Shown: positions 19,491-30,501 of the stretch, in pieces
How positions within the stretch are numbered: position 1 is the first letter of the stretch
How the letters are laid out: every line of letters begins with the position of its first letter
Origin: Nostoc sp.
Lineage (GTDB): Bacteria > Cyanobacteriota > Cyanobacteriia > Cyanobacteriales > Nostocaceae
Direction of reading: 5' to 3'
Assembly (NCBI GenBank): GCA_036918135.1
Contig: JBALDB010000007.1
Span: 256,001 to 320,000 of the forward strand
Length of the DNA: 64,000 nt
Made by a program: the position numbers and the translations under genes
The notes under the pieces: model-generated
Database searches by the model: none
The model's input: only the letters and a program-made list of their open reading frames with translations
What the model was told of the DNA's origin: nothing

Positions 19491-21794
19491 TTATTCCTGA
19501 GAAGGTTTAAGTCTATCCCGCCAGGATGGTTGTGATGATGAATCAGAACCGGAATTATTTGCACGAGGCAAGGAGCGGCGACTTCTTCGAGATGGGGGAG
19601 AATCTGATTCTACTCTTCGAGGTCGAGGAGAATCTGATTCTACTCTTCTAGAGCGCCGCTGTGGAGTAGATGACTCCTGTGAAGAGTTACTCGAACTTGA
19701 ACTTGATTCTTCACTGCTGTGATCGCGTCTTCTCCGTCTTGGGGTATAGTCGTTACTTGATTGCTGTTCTTCTTGTTGATAATATCTTCTCCTGCTTCTA
19801 CGCCTCCTAGACGAGCCGCTATCTTCGGAATTTCTAGAAGTAGTTTCCTGCTGTGATTCATCATCATCATCATCAGCAATAGAACGATTCAGGACTTGTT
19901 TGGGCTTGATTGACTGGGCTTTGATGCTGCCTTTGCGACCTTCTAATTTGGGTCGTTTGGGAAACTTTTCTACTGGCATTCCTTCCACCGCTTTTTCCAT
20001 AAACTCATGCCAGGTATAAGCGGCGCTACCACTGCTGCCATCTGTGGGATGGTTGTTATCGTTACCTAGCCAAACTCCGGTCACAAGTTGGGGAATGTAA
20101 CCAATGAACCACAAATCGCGGGCTTCATCGGAAGTGCCGGTCTTGCCAGCAACAGGTCTATTATCTAATTGAGCGGCACCACCAGTTCCTTCTTCTACGA
20201 CGTTGCGTAGCATCCAGGTCATGATGGCAGCACTGTCAGCATCAAGGGCGCGTTTGGATTTGAAATTAGCTGACCAAATCACTTTTCCTTCACGGTTGAT
20301 GATGCGGCTGATACCATGAGGCTCTGTATGCAATCCTTGGGTGGCAAAACTACCGTAGGCGCTGGTCAATTCTAGGAGATTCACTTCATTCGAGCCGAGA
20401 GCTAGGGAATAAGTCGGCTTAAGTTCAGATTTAATCCCCATATCATGGGCAAGTTTAATTGTTGGGGCAAAGCCTACGTCAATCAATACCTTTACCGCAA
20501 TTATATTAATCGAACGGGTGAGAGCATCTCTCATGCTCATTGAGCCGTGGAAGTTTTTCCCATAGTTTTTCGGTTCGTAGCCATCTACGACAAAGGGTGC
20601 ATCCTCGTAGCTATCGTAGGGGCTTTTGCCAGTAGCGATCGCAGTTGCATAGACAAATCCTTTAAATGTCGATCCTGGCTGCCGCTGTGCTTGGGTAACG
20701 CGATTAAACTGGTTTTTGCCAAAGTCTTTTCCCCCGACCATTGCCTTAATATCACCATTGCGGGGATCGATAGCAACCATTGACGCTTCTTTAAAGTTCT
20801 CCCAACTTCCTTGATTTCGCAAGGTTTTAGCAACTGCTTCTTCTGCTACTTTCTGCCAGGTCGGGTTCAAGGTCGTCTCCACTACTAAACCTCCACCAGA
20901 CAACACATCAGCAGAAACGTACTTCGGCAATTCTTTCTGGATGTAGGTAGTAAAGTAGGGTGACTCTACTTCCAGTCGCTTGGGTAAACTGGTTTTGAGC
21001 GTCAACGGTTCTTGGACGGCTGCTTGCCTTTGCTGTGGTGTAATAAATTTTTCTTCCTGCATCCGCTGCAATACCAAGTCCCGCCGCTGTTTGGCAGCTT
21101 CGGGATTCTTGTCTGGGGCGTACAAGCTTGGTGCAGGAGCCAATCCCGCAATCGTTGCCATTTCTGCTAAAGAAAGTTGATCTGGGGATTTACTAAAGTA
21201 TACCCAAGAGGCATCTGTGACACCGTAAGCACCACCTCCCAAATAAACCAGATTCAGATAACGCTCTAAAATCTGATCTTTGGTTAATTCTGACTCTATT
21301 TTTTGTGCTAAACGGATTTCTTTGAGTTTGCGCCAGATTGTCTGCTCTTGTTTCAAAAACAGAATCCGAGCTAGTTGTTGCGTGATAGTGCTACCACCTT
21401 CTACCACACCTTGCGATCGCAAATTACTCAAACTTGCTCTGAGAATCCCTTGAGGATCGACTCCGTTATGTTGCTGGAATCTTCTATCTTCTGAGGCTAT
21501 GAAAGCTTTTTTTAAATTATCTGGTATTTGCTCGAGCTTTAGCTGTTCTCTGGTCGCTTCACCTTGTTGTTGTAGTATGCTACCATCCGCAGCTTTAATA
21601 GTCAGTGTTTGCTCTCTAACTACAGCATTCAGCTCGGCTTTATCTGGCAAAGTCCGATCTATTACACTGATGCCATAGATCGAGGCAACTATCCCACCAC
21701 CTACGCCCAAACCTGCCCAAAACCAGATGCGACGATAGATTGGTTTATTGCCAGTTGCCCGATTAGCCCTAATTCTTGATGGTAAGATTTTCAT
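19491..21794 (-). CDS. class A penicillin-binding protein (transglycosylase-transpeptidase)
   Basis: EDRRF, GGSTITQQLAR, STFK, SIN, KTG motifs; Arg/Ser-rich tail. The probable original start GTG 21959 is cut off by TAG 21807-21809. Confidence 0.93.
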   Translation of the reverse strand: MKILPSRIRANRATGNKPIYRRIWFWAGLGVGGGIVASIYGISVIDRTLPDKAELNAVVREQTLTIKAADGSILQQQGEATREQLKLEQIPDNLKKAFIASEDRRFQQHNGVDPQGILRASLSNLRSQGVVEGGSTITQQLARILFLKQEQTIWRKLKEIRLAQKIESELTKDQILERYLNLVYLGGGAYGVTDASWVYFSKSPDQLSLAEMATIAGLAPAPSLYAPDKNPEAAKQRRDLVLQRMQEEKFITPQQRQAAVQEPLTLKTSLPKRLEVESPYFTTYIQKELPKYVSADVLSGGGLVVETTLNPTWQKVAEEAVAKTLRNQGSWENFKEASMVAIDPRNGDIKAMVGGKDFGKNQFNRVTQAQRQPGSTFKGFVYATAIATGKSPYDSYEDAPFVVDGYEPKNYGKNFHGSMSMRDALTRSINIIAVKVLIDVGFAPTIKLAHDMGIKSELKPTYSLALGSNEVNLLELTSAYGSFATQGLHTEPHGISRIINREGKVIWSANFKSKRALDADSAAIMTWMLRNVVEEGTGGAAQLDNRPVAGKTGTSDEARDLWFIGYIPQLVTGVWLGNDNNHPTDGSSGSAAYTWHEFMEKAVEGMPVEKFPKRPKLEGRKGSIKAQSIKPKQVLNRSIADDDDDESQQETTSRNSEDSGSSRRRRSRRRYYQQEEQQSSNDYTPRRRRRDHSSEESSSSSSNSSQESSTPQRRSRRVESDSPRPRRVESDSPPSRRSRRSLPRANNSGSDSSSQPSWRDRLKPSQE

Positions 21795-22414
21795 TTTGCT
21801 CAGTAACTACCTCGCCTGCGCCACATGTGCTGGTGGTAAGCTTTCATTTGTTGTGGATTCCTCATGTTGATGATGATTACCAGGCCGCAATCGCGGTTCC
21901 TCGTTAGAGTCACTCAAATTAGTTGGTCTTGGCTTGAACCAGCAGGTCAACTTCCCCACATCAGTTCCTCGATCGAAGTAGTAACTACTTAACCACCATC
22001 AATAAGCTTTGGGGTTATAGCACCACGTTGTGTTAGTATAATATCCCATAAATAATTAACTCAATTCACTATCAATAAGAATTCCGAATCGCAATTAAAT
22101 AAGTATAATTTTATACTAATATTATATAGATAGAGTAAGTATAAGGATTCGGATATTAAACCTTTTGATTCGTATTCATCATGAGAATTTCTAAATAAAA
22201 ATATCCAATTCTGATTATGGGGTGAACCGGAAAGTCCGCCCTTGTGGACGGGCAAGACGCCTACCCGATACACACTAGTAATTTATTTGTCATCCCTCAA
22301 TGGTAATAACTGACTAATGAACTATTATTGAAAAAATAATGTTTTTTCGCTTTAATGAATTGAGTTTTTTAAAAGTAGTGCAAGATTGATTCGATATTAG
22401 GAATATCAAAACTA

Positions 22415-22972
22415 TTGACATTTATCACAACAGGTACGGCAAAGTATCAGCAAGAACCAGAAAAAGGCTTGCCTTGGATAAAGCGTGCCAAAAGCGCCGT
22501 TGCCCTTGGTAGTAATCTGGGAGATTCACAGGTAATATTAGAAGCAGCGATCGCAACTTTAGCCCAAACCCCAGGCATTTTTTTAGAAGCTAAATCCAAT
22601 TGGTATAAAACTAAAGCCGTAGGGCCACCACAACCAGATTATTTAAATGGGTGCGTTACATTACAAGTAGAAATACTACCCCAAGAGTTATTAGAAAATT
22701 TATTAGCAATTGAACAGCAATTTGGGCGCGTGCGTCAAGAACGCTGGGGGCCACGATCCCTAGATTTGGATTTGTTATTATATGATGACTTAATTGTGGA
22801 TACACCAAATCTGCAAATTCCCCATCCGAGAATGCGGGATCGAGCTTTTGTATTAGTTCCGCTTGCAGAAATTGCCTCAGATTGGGTAGAACCTATTTCT
22901 GGGTGTGTTATTAAAGAACTGCTCGAAGAGGTAAACTGTTCTGATGTACATTTAATTGATGGGCAATTATAA
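22415..22972 (+). CDS. folK: 2-amino-4-hydroxy-6-hydroxymethyldihydropteridine diphosphokinase
   Basis: ALGSNLG, RWGPRSLDLDLL, IPHPRM..RAFVL; exact start uncertain. Confidence 0.93.
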   Translation: MTFITTGTAKYQQEPEKGLPWIKRAKSAVALGSNLGDSQVILEAAIATLAQTPGIFLEAKSNWYKTKAVGPPQPDYLNGCVTLQVEILPQELLENLLAIEQQFGRVRQERWGPRSLDLDLLLYDDLIVDTPNLQIPHPRMRDRAFVLVPLAEIASDWVEPISGCVIKELLEEVNCSDVHLIDGQL

Positions 22973-23040
22973 TCACCATCCATCAACGTACAGGAAGGCT
23001 GATTTTACCTCTGTATTTACAGATAATCAGATTTTTTACT

Positions 23041-23589
23041 ATGCCATTAGGTAGAGAATTACCACAACTGTTGAAACAACGCTTGTTTTACAAAGGACGC
23101 AAGTTTGATTTTGAAGTCAATCGCCTGCGTTTACCTAATAAAGCGGAAGGAGAATGGGAGTGTATTCGTCATCCAGGTGGCGCTTTAGCTGTACCAATGA
23201 CGCCAGAAGGTAAACTAGTACTCGTGCGCCAGTATCGTTTTGCAGTTCAGGGACGGATATTAGAATTTCCAGCCGGAACTGTGGAATACAATGAAGATCC
23301 TTTAGAGACGGTACAGCGGGAAATTGAGGAAGAAACTGGGTACAGCGCTCAAAAATGGCACAAATTAGGAGAATTTTTCCTAGCGCCTGGTTATTCTGAT
23401 GAAATTATTTATGCTTTTCTAGCTCAAGATTTACAAAAGCTGGAAACACCTCAACATCAAGATGAAGACGAGGATATCGAAACTGTATTTTTGACGCCTG
23501 AGGAATTAGAAAAAGCTATTCTTCAAGGAGAGTTAGTAGATGCTAAATCAATTTCTAGCTTTTTTCTGGCACGTCCATTTTTAATGTAA
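23041..23589 (+). CDS. NUDIX hydrolase (ADP-ribose pyrophosphatase-like)
   Basis: EFPAG..REIEEETGY Nudix box; LVRQYR. Confidence 0.9.
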   Translation: MPLGRELPQLLKQRLFYKGRKFDFEVNRLRLPNKAEGEWECIRHPGGALAVPMTPEGKLVLVRQYRFAVQGRILEFPAGTVEYNEDPLETVQREIEEETGYSAQKWHKLGEFFLAPGYSDEIIYAFLAQDLQKLETPQHQDEDEDIETVFLTPEELEKAILQGELVDAKSISSFFLARPFLM

Positions 23590-23596
23590 TACCAAT

Positions 23597-24442
23597 ATGC
23601 TGCTAGAGTTAGCGATCGCAGATGCCTACGGTGCAGGCTTTGAATATGCTGACGAAATGATTGTTAACAACGATTTGAGTCGATACGTGCAGCACCCGCG
23701 TTTTCGACTCATTCCTGGCAGCTACACCGACGATACTCAGATGAGTATTGCTATTGCTGAAGTAATTGTCGCTCAAGCACCCTGGACACCAGAAGTTTTA
23801 GCCGAAAGCTTTGTTAGAGCCTTCAAACGCGACCCTAGAGAAGGATATGCGAGAAACTTTTACCATTTTTTGGTAGAAATCCAAAATGGAGCAGAATTTC
23901 TCACTAAAATTCGCCCTGACAGTGACAAAAGCGGGGCGGCAATGCGTGCAGCACCCATTGGCATTTATCCAACACCAGAAAAAGTGATTGAGGCGACAAC
24001 AATTCAAGCCGCAATTACTCACAACACACCAGATGGCATCAATGCTGCTGTTGCTGCTGCTCTGATGTCACATTATTTTATCTATCGACTGGGAGCAAAA
24101 AGTAAATTAGCAGAGTTTTTAGAAAGTTATGTATCTGGGCAGTGGTCTAAACCGTGGCGCGGTGAAGTGAAATCTAAAGGGTGGATGAGTGTTAGAGCAG
24201 CGATTACTGCGGTAATGCGAAATGACAGCACTAGCCGACTTTTACAAGATTGTATCGCTTTTACCGGGGATGTGGATACAGTGGCGGCGATCGCACTGGC
24301 CGCAGGTTCTTGTAGCGAAGAAATTACCCAAGATATCCCCCAACATCTCGTTACAGGCTTAGAAAATGGAGCTTACGGTCGAGATTACCTGATTCGGCTA
24401 GATCGGCAACTGATGAATTTGGTCATTTCAGGGCAAATTTAG
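23597..24442 (+). CDS. ADP-ribosylglycohydrolase family protein
   Basis: ADAYG, YTDDTQM, GAAMRAAP, GDVDTVAAI motifs. Confidence 0.9.
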   Translation: MLLELAIADAYGAGFEYADEMIVNNDLSRYVQHPRFRLIPGSYTDDTQMSIAIAEVIVAQAPWTPEVLAESFVRAFKRDPREGYARNFYHFLVEIQNGAEFLTKIRPDSDKSGAAMRAAPIGIYPTPEKVIEATTIQAAITHNTPDGINAAVAAALMSHYFIYRLGAKSKLAEFLESYVSGQWSKPWRGEVKSKGWMSVRAAITAVMRNDSTSRLLQDCIAFTGDVDTVAAIALAAGSCSEEITQDIPQHLVTGLENGAYGRDYLIRLDRQLMNLVISGQI

Positions 24443-24849
24443 CTTTTAAAATACTACGGCTTTTCGATGCTATTATAGTACTTTGAGTAAATATTCAAGC
24501 TACTCTAACCTTGATTCTATTCGTTATAAGGTAGTGAAGTATACAAGAATAGCTTACCTAGTGGACTGTATCAAGTGCGGCAAGCCACGGTTAAGAGCTA
24601 ACCCAAGCAAATTTTTTCACCTTTTATATTTATCAATTCATATATTAGTATTTTGTTATATAAAATTTAAACTTTATCTTGTCGAATGCATTAACGACTC
24701 ACTTAAAATTTATTATTTATTGACAATACTGTTCTTTGGTGTTGGCCAAAGCGAAATAGAAATTGAGTTAGAGCCGTTATAAGAGCATGACGACAAGAAG
24801 CATACAACTTCTAAAGTCTGTATGCAAGATGCATAAATGTTTCAGTCAA

Positions 24850-25659
24850 ATGAAAAAAAATTCAAACTTCAACCGTGCTGGTAAACTGACTGCTCTTTTG
24901 TTTTTGATAACTCTCTTGCTCACGCCTTGTGTAATTATAAATGCAGGTGAACGTGGCGTATTGATGAAATTTGGTGAAGTCCAAAGCCAAATATTAGGAG
25001 AAGGAATTCATTTGATTATTCCTGTTTACAATACTGTGAAAAAATTGAGCGTCAGAGTACAAAAACAACAAATTTCTACTGAAGCTTCTTCTAAAGATTT
25101 ACAAAATGTTTTCACAGACGTAGCTCTAAATTGGCATATTATTCCCCAAGAAGCAAATGCAATTTTTCAAGAAATTGGAGATGAGCAAAATGTTATTGAC
25201 CGAATTATTAATCCAGCAGTTGAAGAAGTATTAAAAGCAGTAATGGCAAAATATACTGCTGAAGAAATTATTACTAAGCGCAAAGAGGTTAAAGCTGAAG
25301 TAGACGATGCACTCACTACCAGGCTGAATAGCTATCACGTTGCAATTAATGATATTTCTCTAGTTTATATTCATTTTTCAGAAGAATTTAGTGAAGCAGT
25401 GGAGGCAAAGCAAATTGCTGAACAAGAAGCAAAACAAGCCTCTTTTATTGCTTTAAAAGCAACAAAACAAGCTGAGGCCAAAGTGAATTTAGCAAGAGGA
25501 GAGGCTGAAGCACACAGATTATTACGCGATGGGTTGACTCCAGAAATATTGCAGAGGCAAGCAATCGAAAAATGGAATGGTAAGCTGCCATTAATTGTAA
25601 GTAAAGAAACTCCCAAATTATTAAATTTGAGTGAATTGTTAAAAATCGATGAAAATTGA
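24850..25659 (+). CDS. prohibitin / SPFH domain protein
   Basis: AGERGV..FG, SSKDLQ, FSEAVEAKQIAEQEA, IEKWNGKLP; start may be 24787-24850. Confidence 0.88.
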   Translation: MKKNSNFNRAGKLTALLFLITLLLTPCVIINAGERGVLMKFGEVQSQILGEGIHLIIPVYNTVKKLSVRVQKQQISTEASSKDLQNVFTDVALNWHIIPQEANAIFQEIGDEQNVIDRIINPAVEEVLKAVMAKYTAEEIITKRKEVKAEVDDALTTRLNSYHVAINDISLVYIHFSEEFSEAVEAKQIAEQEAKQASFIALKATKQAEAKVNLARGEAEAHRLLRDGLTPEILQRQAIEKWNGKLPLIVSKETPKLLNLSELLKIDEN

Positions 25660-26226
25660 GTTGATTTTTCATAAAAATAGTAAAATTCAAAATTCAAGAA
25701 TTAAGAAGTCAGAATTGAGAACAAATCCAGTATGATTAGTATATCGAACCTGTCTTCAAAATCAGGAGTAGGGGAAGAAACATTTTTCATGTTTGGTTGT
25801 AGGATTTTCTGATGATTGACTCTCTTGAAAATAAAGAGTAGAGACTGAGGATAGGGGTATAGCGCATTGCTAAACCTTACAGCGTCTAAAAGGGAAGAGA
25901 TTTTTCTGATGTAATTTCTTATAGCACTCATATTTGATTGCGTGAAACACACGTAGTCCGAAGACTTTAGCGCATTAGAACTCTGTTTTAATGCACCCTA
26001 CATATACTTAGATTTTTTCAAGCAATTAAATCGGATTGGTATAGATGTTTTTCTATATTCACAATAGATAGTAGCGAGCAAGGAAGAGATATTTTTTCTT
26101 TGGTTGTACTTTCCTAGCTGTGCTTGGCGCTAACTTTGTTCATTTTGTCTGACCTTTAATTTATGGTTTCTTATTTAGTTTTATTTGAGAAATTCTTGGT
26201 AATTAAAAATTAATTCAACCACTGAT

Positions 26227-29200
26227 ATGGTTACTCAAAAAATCAAAATTTTATTAGTTGATGATAACTCAGAGAATTTAGATTTTTTATTAAATATCCT
26301 TCAAGAACAAGGTTATCAGGTGGAAAGTCTGATTTTTGGACAACTAGTAATTAATAGAGCGCTTGTTTCTCCTCCTGATTTGATTTTGCTAAATGCAATG
26401 ATGCCAGATATGGATAGTTATCAAATTTGTCATTATTTGAAAGCTAACCAGAAAACTCAAAATATTCCGATAATTTTTTTTGGCACTTCCGAGAAATTAT
26501 CCCAAATTAATATCTTTGATTTCAGCGAGATTGATTATATTACTCAACCAATCAAAACTAAAGAAGTTTTATTACGCATACAAAATCAACTGACTATCCA
26601 AAGATTAAAAAAAGAGATTCAAGAACGTCAAAGACTTGCAGTTGAGTTAAATATTTACAACAGACAAATAAAAGAGATTTTTCCAGAAGTTAGCCTTAAC
26701 AAAGCTTTAATAAGCGATCGCCTTTTTGTGGATGCTAAAAATCAAGATATTACTGAGCGCAAGCAAGCAGAAGAAGATGTAGAACTGATTTATAAAAAAT
26801 TTTGCCAGCTTGTTGAGCAGGAGTACAATTCTTACGAATATCGCTGGTTACACGCTGATGGAACTTATCACTGGTTCTACGAAAAGATGAGGTTAATTCG
26901 TGACGAAGCTGGTAACCCAATAGAATGCGTTGGTTACTGGGCAGATATTAGCGATGTCTACGACGAGCTTCGCTTACGCAAGCTGGCAGAATTGGCTTTA
27001 CAGGAAGGTAGACAGCGATATCAGCTTTTAGCAGAAGCTTCGCCAGCTTGTATTTTTTATACTGATGCTGATGGTGATGTATTATATTTTAATCAACGCT
27101 GGAGTGAAATTACTGGATGCAAGATTGAAGAATCTCTGGGCAGAGGTTGGGTAAATGCCGTGCATCCAGATGACCGCGAGCAGCTGTTACTGGCATGGAA
27201 TCGCGTGATAACGACTGGAATCAAACATAATTACGAACATCGTTACTTGCGCGATGATGGCACAATCGTCTGGGTAATTTGTCAGGCTTTGCCGGAATTT
27301 GCAGACGATGGAGAAATTAAAGGCTACATCGGTATGATTACAGATATTACCGAAAGAAAATTGGCAGAAGAAGCCCTGCGCGAGAGTGCAGAACGGGAAA
27401 GAGCGATCGCCCAAGTGATTCAAAGGATGCGCCAAACACTCGATTTAGAGACTATATTCGCGGCGACAACCCAAGAATTACGGCAAGTACTCAATTGCGA
27501 TCGCGTAGCTGTCTATCGTTTCGATCCCAACTGGAGTGGCAAATTTATCTCTGAGTCAGTAGCAGAGGGTTGGATTTCTCTGCTCGAAGAACAAAAAAAT
27601 GATTCTCATTTGACAGAAGATATCTTAGAGGATGGCCGTTGTTTAATAAAAATCTTGCATCGCGCAGATAACCAAGAGCAAGATGCTTTCTTTGAAGGTG
27701 TATACACAGAAGATGCAAGTTTTTGCTGCATTCCTGATATTTACAACGCTGAGTTTCATCCTTGTTATATCAAACTCTTAGAACGCTTTCAGGCAAAAGC
27801 TTATATCATTGTTCCTATTTTATTTGGTAATCAGCTTTGGGGGTTACTGGCGAGTTATCAAAATTCCGCTCTGCGCCAATGGAAATCAGAAGAAGTCAAC
27901 ATCGTAGTTCAAATTAGCAATCAGTTAGCAGTTGCTTTACAGCAGGCACAACTGCTCGCACAAATGCAAAAGCAGTCACAAGCACTGCAAGAAGCTGCGA
28001 TTGCTGCTGATGCTGCCAACCGCGCCAAAAGCGAATTCCTCGCCAACATGAGCCACGAACTGCGTACTCCACTCAACGCCATCCTTGGTTTTACCCAACT
28101 CATGAGCCACGATGGTGCTTTATCTACCGAACATCAACAAAACCTAACAATCATCAATCGTGCTGGCGAACACCTTCTCAACTTAATTAACGACATTCTG
28201 GAAATGTCTAAAATCGAAGCTGGCAGAATCACATTGAATCTTAGCAGTTTTGACTTAATTCGCCTCTTGCAAAACCTCGAAGAGATGTTGCGTTTCCGCG
28301 CCACCTCCAAAGGATTAGAATTGGTATTTGAATATACATCTGAGCTTCCCCAATTCGTCCAAGCTGACGAAAGTAAATTGCGTCAAGTCTTGCTAAACCT
28401 CTTGGGAAATGCAATCAAATTTACCGATACTGGTAGGGTGACGTTACGAGTGAGGATGGGGAGTGGCACAGAAGACACAAAGACACGGGAACGCTCTGAC
28501 GCAAAGACAATAAACCTCTTTGTATCCTCTTTCCAATCCTTAATCTTCGAGATTCAAGATACTGGTTGCGGTATTGCCCCAGAAGAAATTAACCTGCTGT
28601 TTCAAGCTTTTGGGCAAACTGAAACCGGAAGGAAATCGCAACAGGGAACAGGACTAGGTTTAGCAATTAGCCGCAAATATGTGCAACTAATGGGAGGAGA
28701 TATTAATGTTACCAGCACTGTTGGCAAAGGAAGTAAATTTACCTTTGATATTAAAATTAGTCTCGCCGCAGCCAGTGAAGTACATACCAAGCAAACTAAA
28801 CGGCGAATTTTGAGTTTAGCGCCTGCTCAAAATAAATACCGCATCTTAGTAGTTGATGACGCTACAGATAGCCGTTTAGTACTAATAAAAATTCTCACAG
28901 CCATCGGTTTTATAGTGGAAGAAGCTGCAAATGGTGAAGAAGCGATCGCCCTTTGGCAACAATGGCAACCACACCTGATCTTAATGGATATGCGGATGCC
29001 AATTATGGACGGCTACGAAGCCACAAAAATTATTAAAGCCACAGAAGATACCATAATCTCAAATCTCAAATCCAAAATCCAAATTCGGAAGACTATAATT
29101 ATTGCCTTAACTGCTCATGCCTTTGAGGAACAACGAGAGGCAATGAGCAAAGCAGGTTGCGATGATTTTATTAACAAGCCCTTTCGTAAAGAAGAACTAC

Positions 29201-29508
29201 TAGAAAAATTGAGCGAATATTTAGGAGTTCAATATATTTATCAAGAAGAGACTTATCAGATAGGCAACCCAAACCAAGAGGGAGCAGAAACAATGTTGAC
29301 GCTTACAGATATAGCTCCTTTGTTATCTGTAATGTCACCTGAATGGGTGAAACAAATATACAATGCCGCAGCTCAATGCAGCGATGACCTAATTTTAGAA
29401 TTGATTGAGCAAATACCAGTTGAAAATGCTGCACTACAAAAATTTATTACAGATTTAGCTCAAAATTTTCTGTTTGAGAAAATTATGGAATTGACCAGTA
29501 TTGTATAA
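26227..29508 (+). CDS. hybrid sensor kinase (pseudo-REC, PAC remnants, PAS, GAF, HisKA, HATPase, REC)
   Basis: [31 protein letters not shown]-terminal REC LMDMRMP; N-terminal REC has N at the phospho-Asp position. Confidence 0.92.
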   Translation: MVTQKIKILLVDDNSENLDFLLNILQEQGYQVESLIFGQLVINRALVSPPDLILLNAMMPDMDSYQICHYLKANQKTQNIPIIFFGTSEKLSQINIFDFSEIDYITQPIKTKEVLLRIQNQLTIQRLKKEIQERQRLAVELNIYNRQIKEIFPEVSLNKALISDRLFVDAKNQDITERKQAEEDVELIYKKFCQLVEQEYNSYEYRWLHADGTYHWFYEKMRLIRDEAGNPIECVGYWADISDVYDELRLRKLAELALQEGRQRYQLLAEASPACIFYTDADGDVLYFNQRWSEITGCKIEESLGRGWVNAVHPDDREQLLLAWNRVITTGIKHNYEHRYLRDDGTIVWVICQALPEFADDGEIKGYIGMITDITERKLAEEALRESAERERAIAQVIQRMRQTLDLETIFAATTQELRQVLNCDRVAVYRFDPNWSGKFISESVAEGWISLLEEQKNDSHLTEDILEDGRCLIKILHRADNQEQDAFFEGVYTEDASFCCIPDIYNAEFHPCYIKLLERFQAKAYIIVPILFGNQLWGLLASYQNSALRQWKSEEVNIVVQISNQLAVALQQAQLLAQMQKQSQALQEAAIAADAANRAKSEFLANMSHELRTPLNAILGFTQLMSHDGALSTEHQQNLTIINRAGEHLLNLINDILEMSKIEAGRITLNLSSFDLIRLLQNLEEMLRFRATSKGLELVFEYTSELPQFVQADESKLRQVLLNLLGNAIKFTDTGRVTLRVRMGSGTEDTKTRERSDAKTINLFVSSFQSLIFEIQDTGCGIAPEEINLLFQAFGQTETGRKSQQGTGLGLAISRKYVQLMGGDINVTSTVGKGSKFTFDIKISLAAASEVHTKQTKRRILSLAPAQNKYRILVVDDATDSRLVLIKILTAIGFIVEEAANGEEAIALWQQWQPHLILMDMRMPIMDGYEATKIIKATEDTIISNLKSKIQIRKTIIIALTAHAFEEQREAMSKAGCDDFINKPFRKEELLEKLSEYLGVQYIYQEETYQIGNPNQEGAETMLTLTDIAPLLSVMSPEWVKQIYNAAAQCSDDLILELIEQIPVENAALQKFITDLAQNFLFEKIMELTSIV
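26951..26979 (+). repeat. SDR5-like 21-nt element inserted in a HIP1 octamer, in frame
   Basis: GCGAT|gtctacgacgagcttcgctta|CGC. Confidence 0.8.
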
Positions 29509-29518
29509 AGTAAAAAGA

Positions 29519-30199
29519 TTAACTAAGTCGTTCAAAAATGAATAAAATTGAGACTGGTTTTTTTGTCTTTGGGTGGCAGGGTTCTATTAACTTCAGCAAA
29601 CGGTAATTTTTGAGATGAAACTCACGAATCCATGATTCGATTGTTCTGAAATACCAGGGAGCAGGATGAAATGACTCTAATCCTATTCCTTGCCAAGAAG
29701 TCTCTCGCCATCCATCGGAGTATGGAGAGTCATCGCAAATTATTAGAGGATGAAGTGTTTGAATGATTATTTTTCCTTTATTTGCTAACAAACTCTTACC
29801 TGCTTGGGCTATCTCGCCAAGAGCGCATTCCCCAAGAAGTGAAAAGTTGCAGATGAAGCAGTCAAACTGGTTAATGCTGCCAAATTTCTGTAACGGCAGA
29901 TCGGAGTAAGAAGATACAACAAAGCGAATATCGCCAAGACATCTTGCTGATTCGATAAGCTCGGTAATGCCATCAACTCCCCAACCATCAAATCCACGAC
30001 AGAAGAGTTCGCGGCACAGCCACCCTTCCCCACAGCCAATGTCTAAGAAGGTTCGCGGTTCAAGTTCAACTACGGCTTCTATAATCGCTCTGTCTGTGAC
30101 CAAAGCACGGCTTTCAAGAAGCTGATTACGAACTACACGCGTCCACGGTTTGGCATTCGCTGCCCATGAATGAAGAATTCTTTGTTCGTTTATGTCCAT
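29519..30199 (-). CDS. class I SAM-dependent methyltransferase
   Basis: FLDIGCGEGW motif I. Confidence 0.85.
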   Translation of the reverse strand: MDINEQRILHSWAANAKPWTRVVRNQLLESRALVTDRAIIEAVVELEPRTFLDIGCGEGWLCRELFCRGFDGWGVDGITELIESARCLGDIRFVVSSYSDLPLQKFGSINQFDCFICNFSLLGECALGEIAQAGKSLLANKGKIIIQTLHPLIICDDSPYSDGWRETSWQGIGLESFHPAPWYFRTIESWIREFHLKNYRLLKLIEPCHPKTKKPVSILFIFERLS

Positions 30200-30320
30200 A
30201 ATTAAGATGCGTTAGCCTCAGCTTTGCCGTTAGGCATGGCTTTGCTGCACACGTAGATTCTTTCAGCTAATATTACACTTGATATTAAGTTCGGCTAATT
30301 ACTTATAATATATTGGTATT

Positions 30321-30415
30321 TTTGGTAATAGGTAATAGGTAATAGGTAATTGGGGATTGGGAAAAAGCGAATTGAGAAAAAGGAAATAAATAACTGACGA
30401 TTACCGATTACCCAT
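30321..30415. repeat. STRR-type heptamer arrays in inverted orientation
   Basis: (ggtaata)n and ggggatt repeats, then complementary (cgattac)n. Confidence 0.7.
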
Positions 30416-30501
30416 TTTGATAGTCCCAAAAATAGATATATTTTTGAAAAGTTGAAGCAAACTTGTAACAGCAACTTTAACTATTTGATAATGGTGTAGC
30501 A

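Noticed and set aside
24483..24782. 99-aa ORF with CxxC
   Set aside because: TTG start, low-complexity AT-rich composition; more likely the promoter region of the SPFH gene.
25701..25952. 83-aa ORF
   Set aside because: No motif; lies beside a repeat remnant in an intergenic region.
30200..30255. Integron attC-like site next to the methyltransferase
   Set aside because: Better explained as a degenerate SDR/HIP1-type repeat; no integrase or cassette array.
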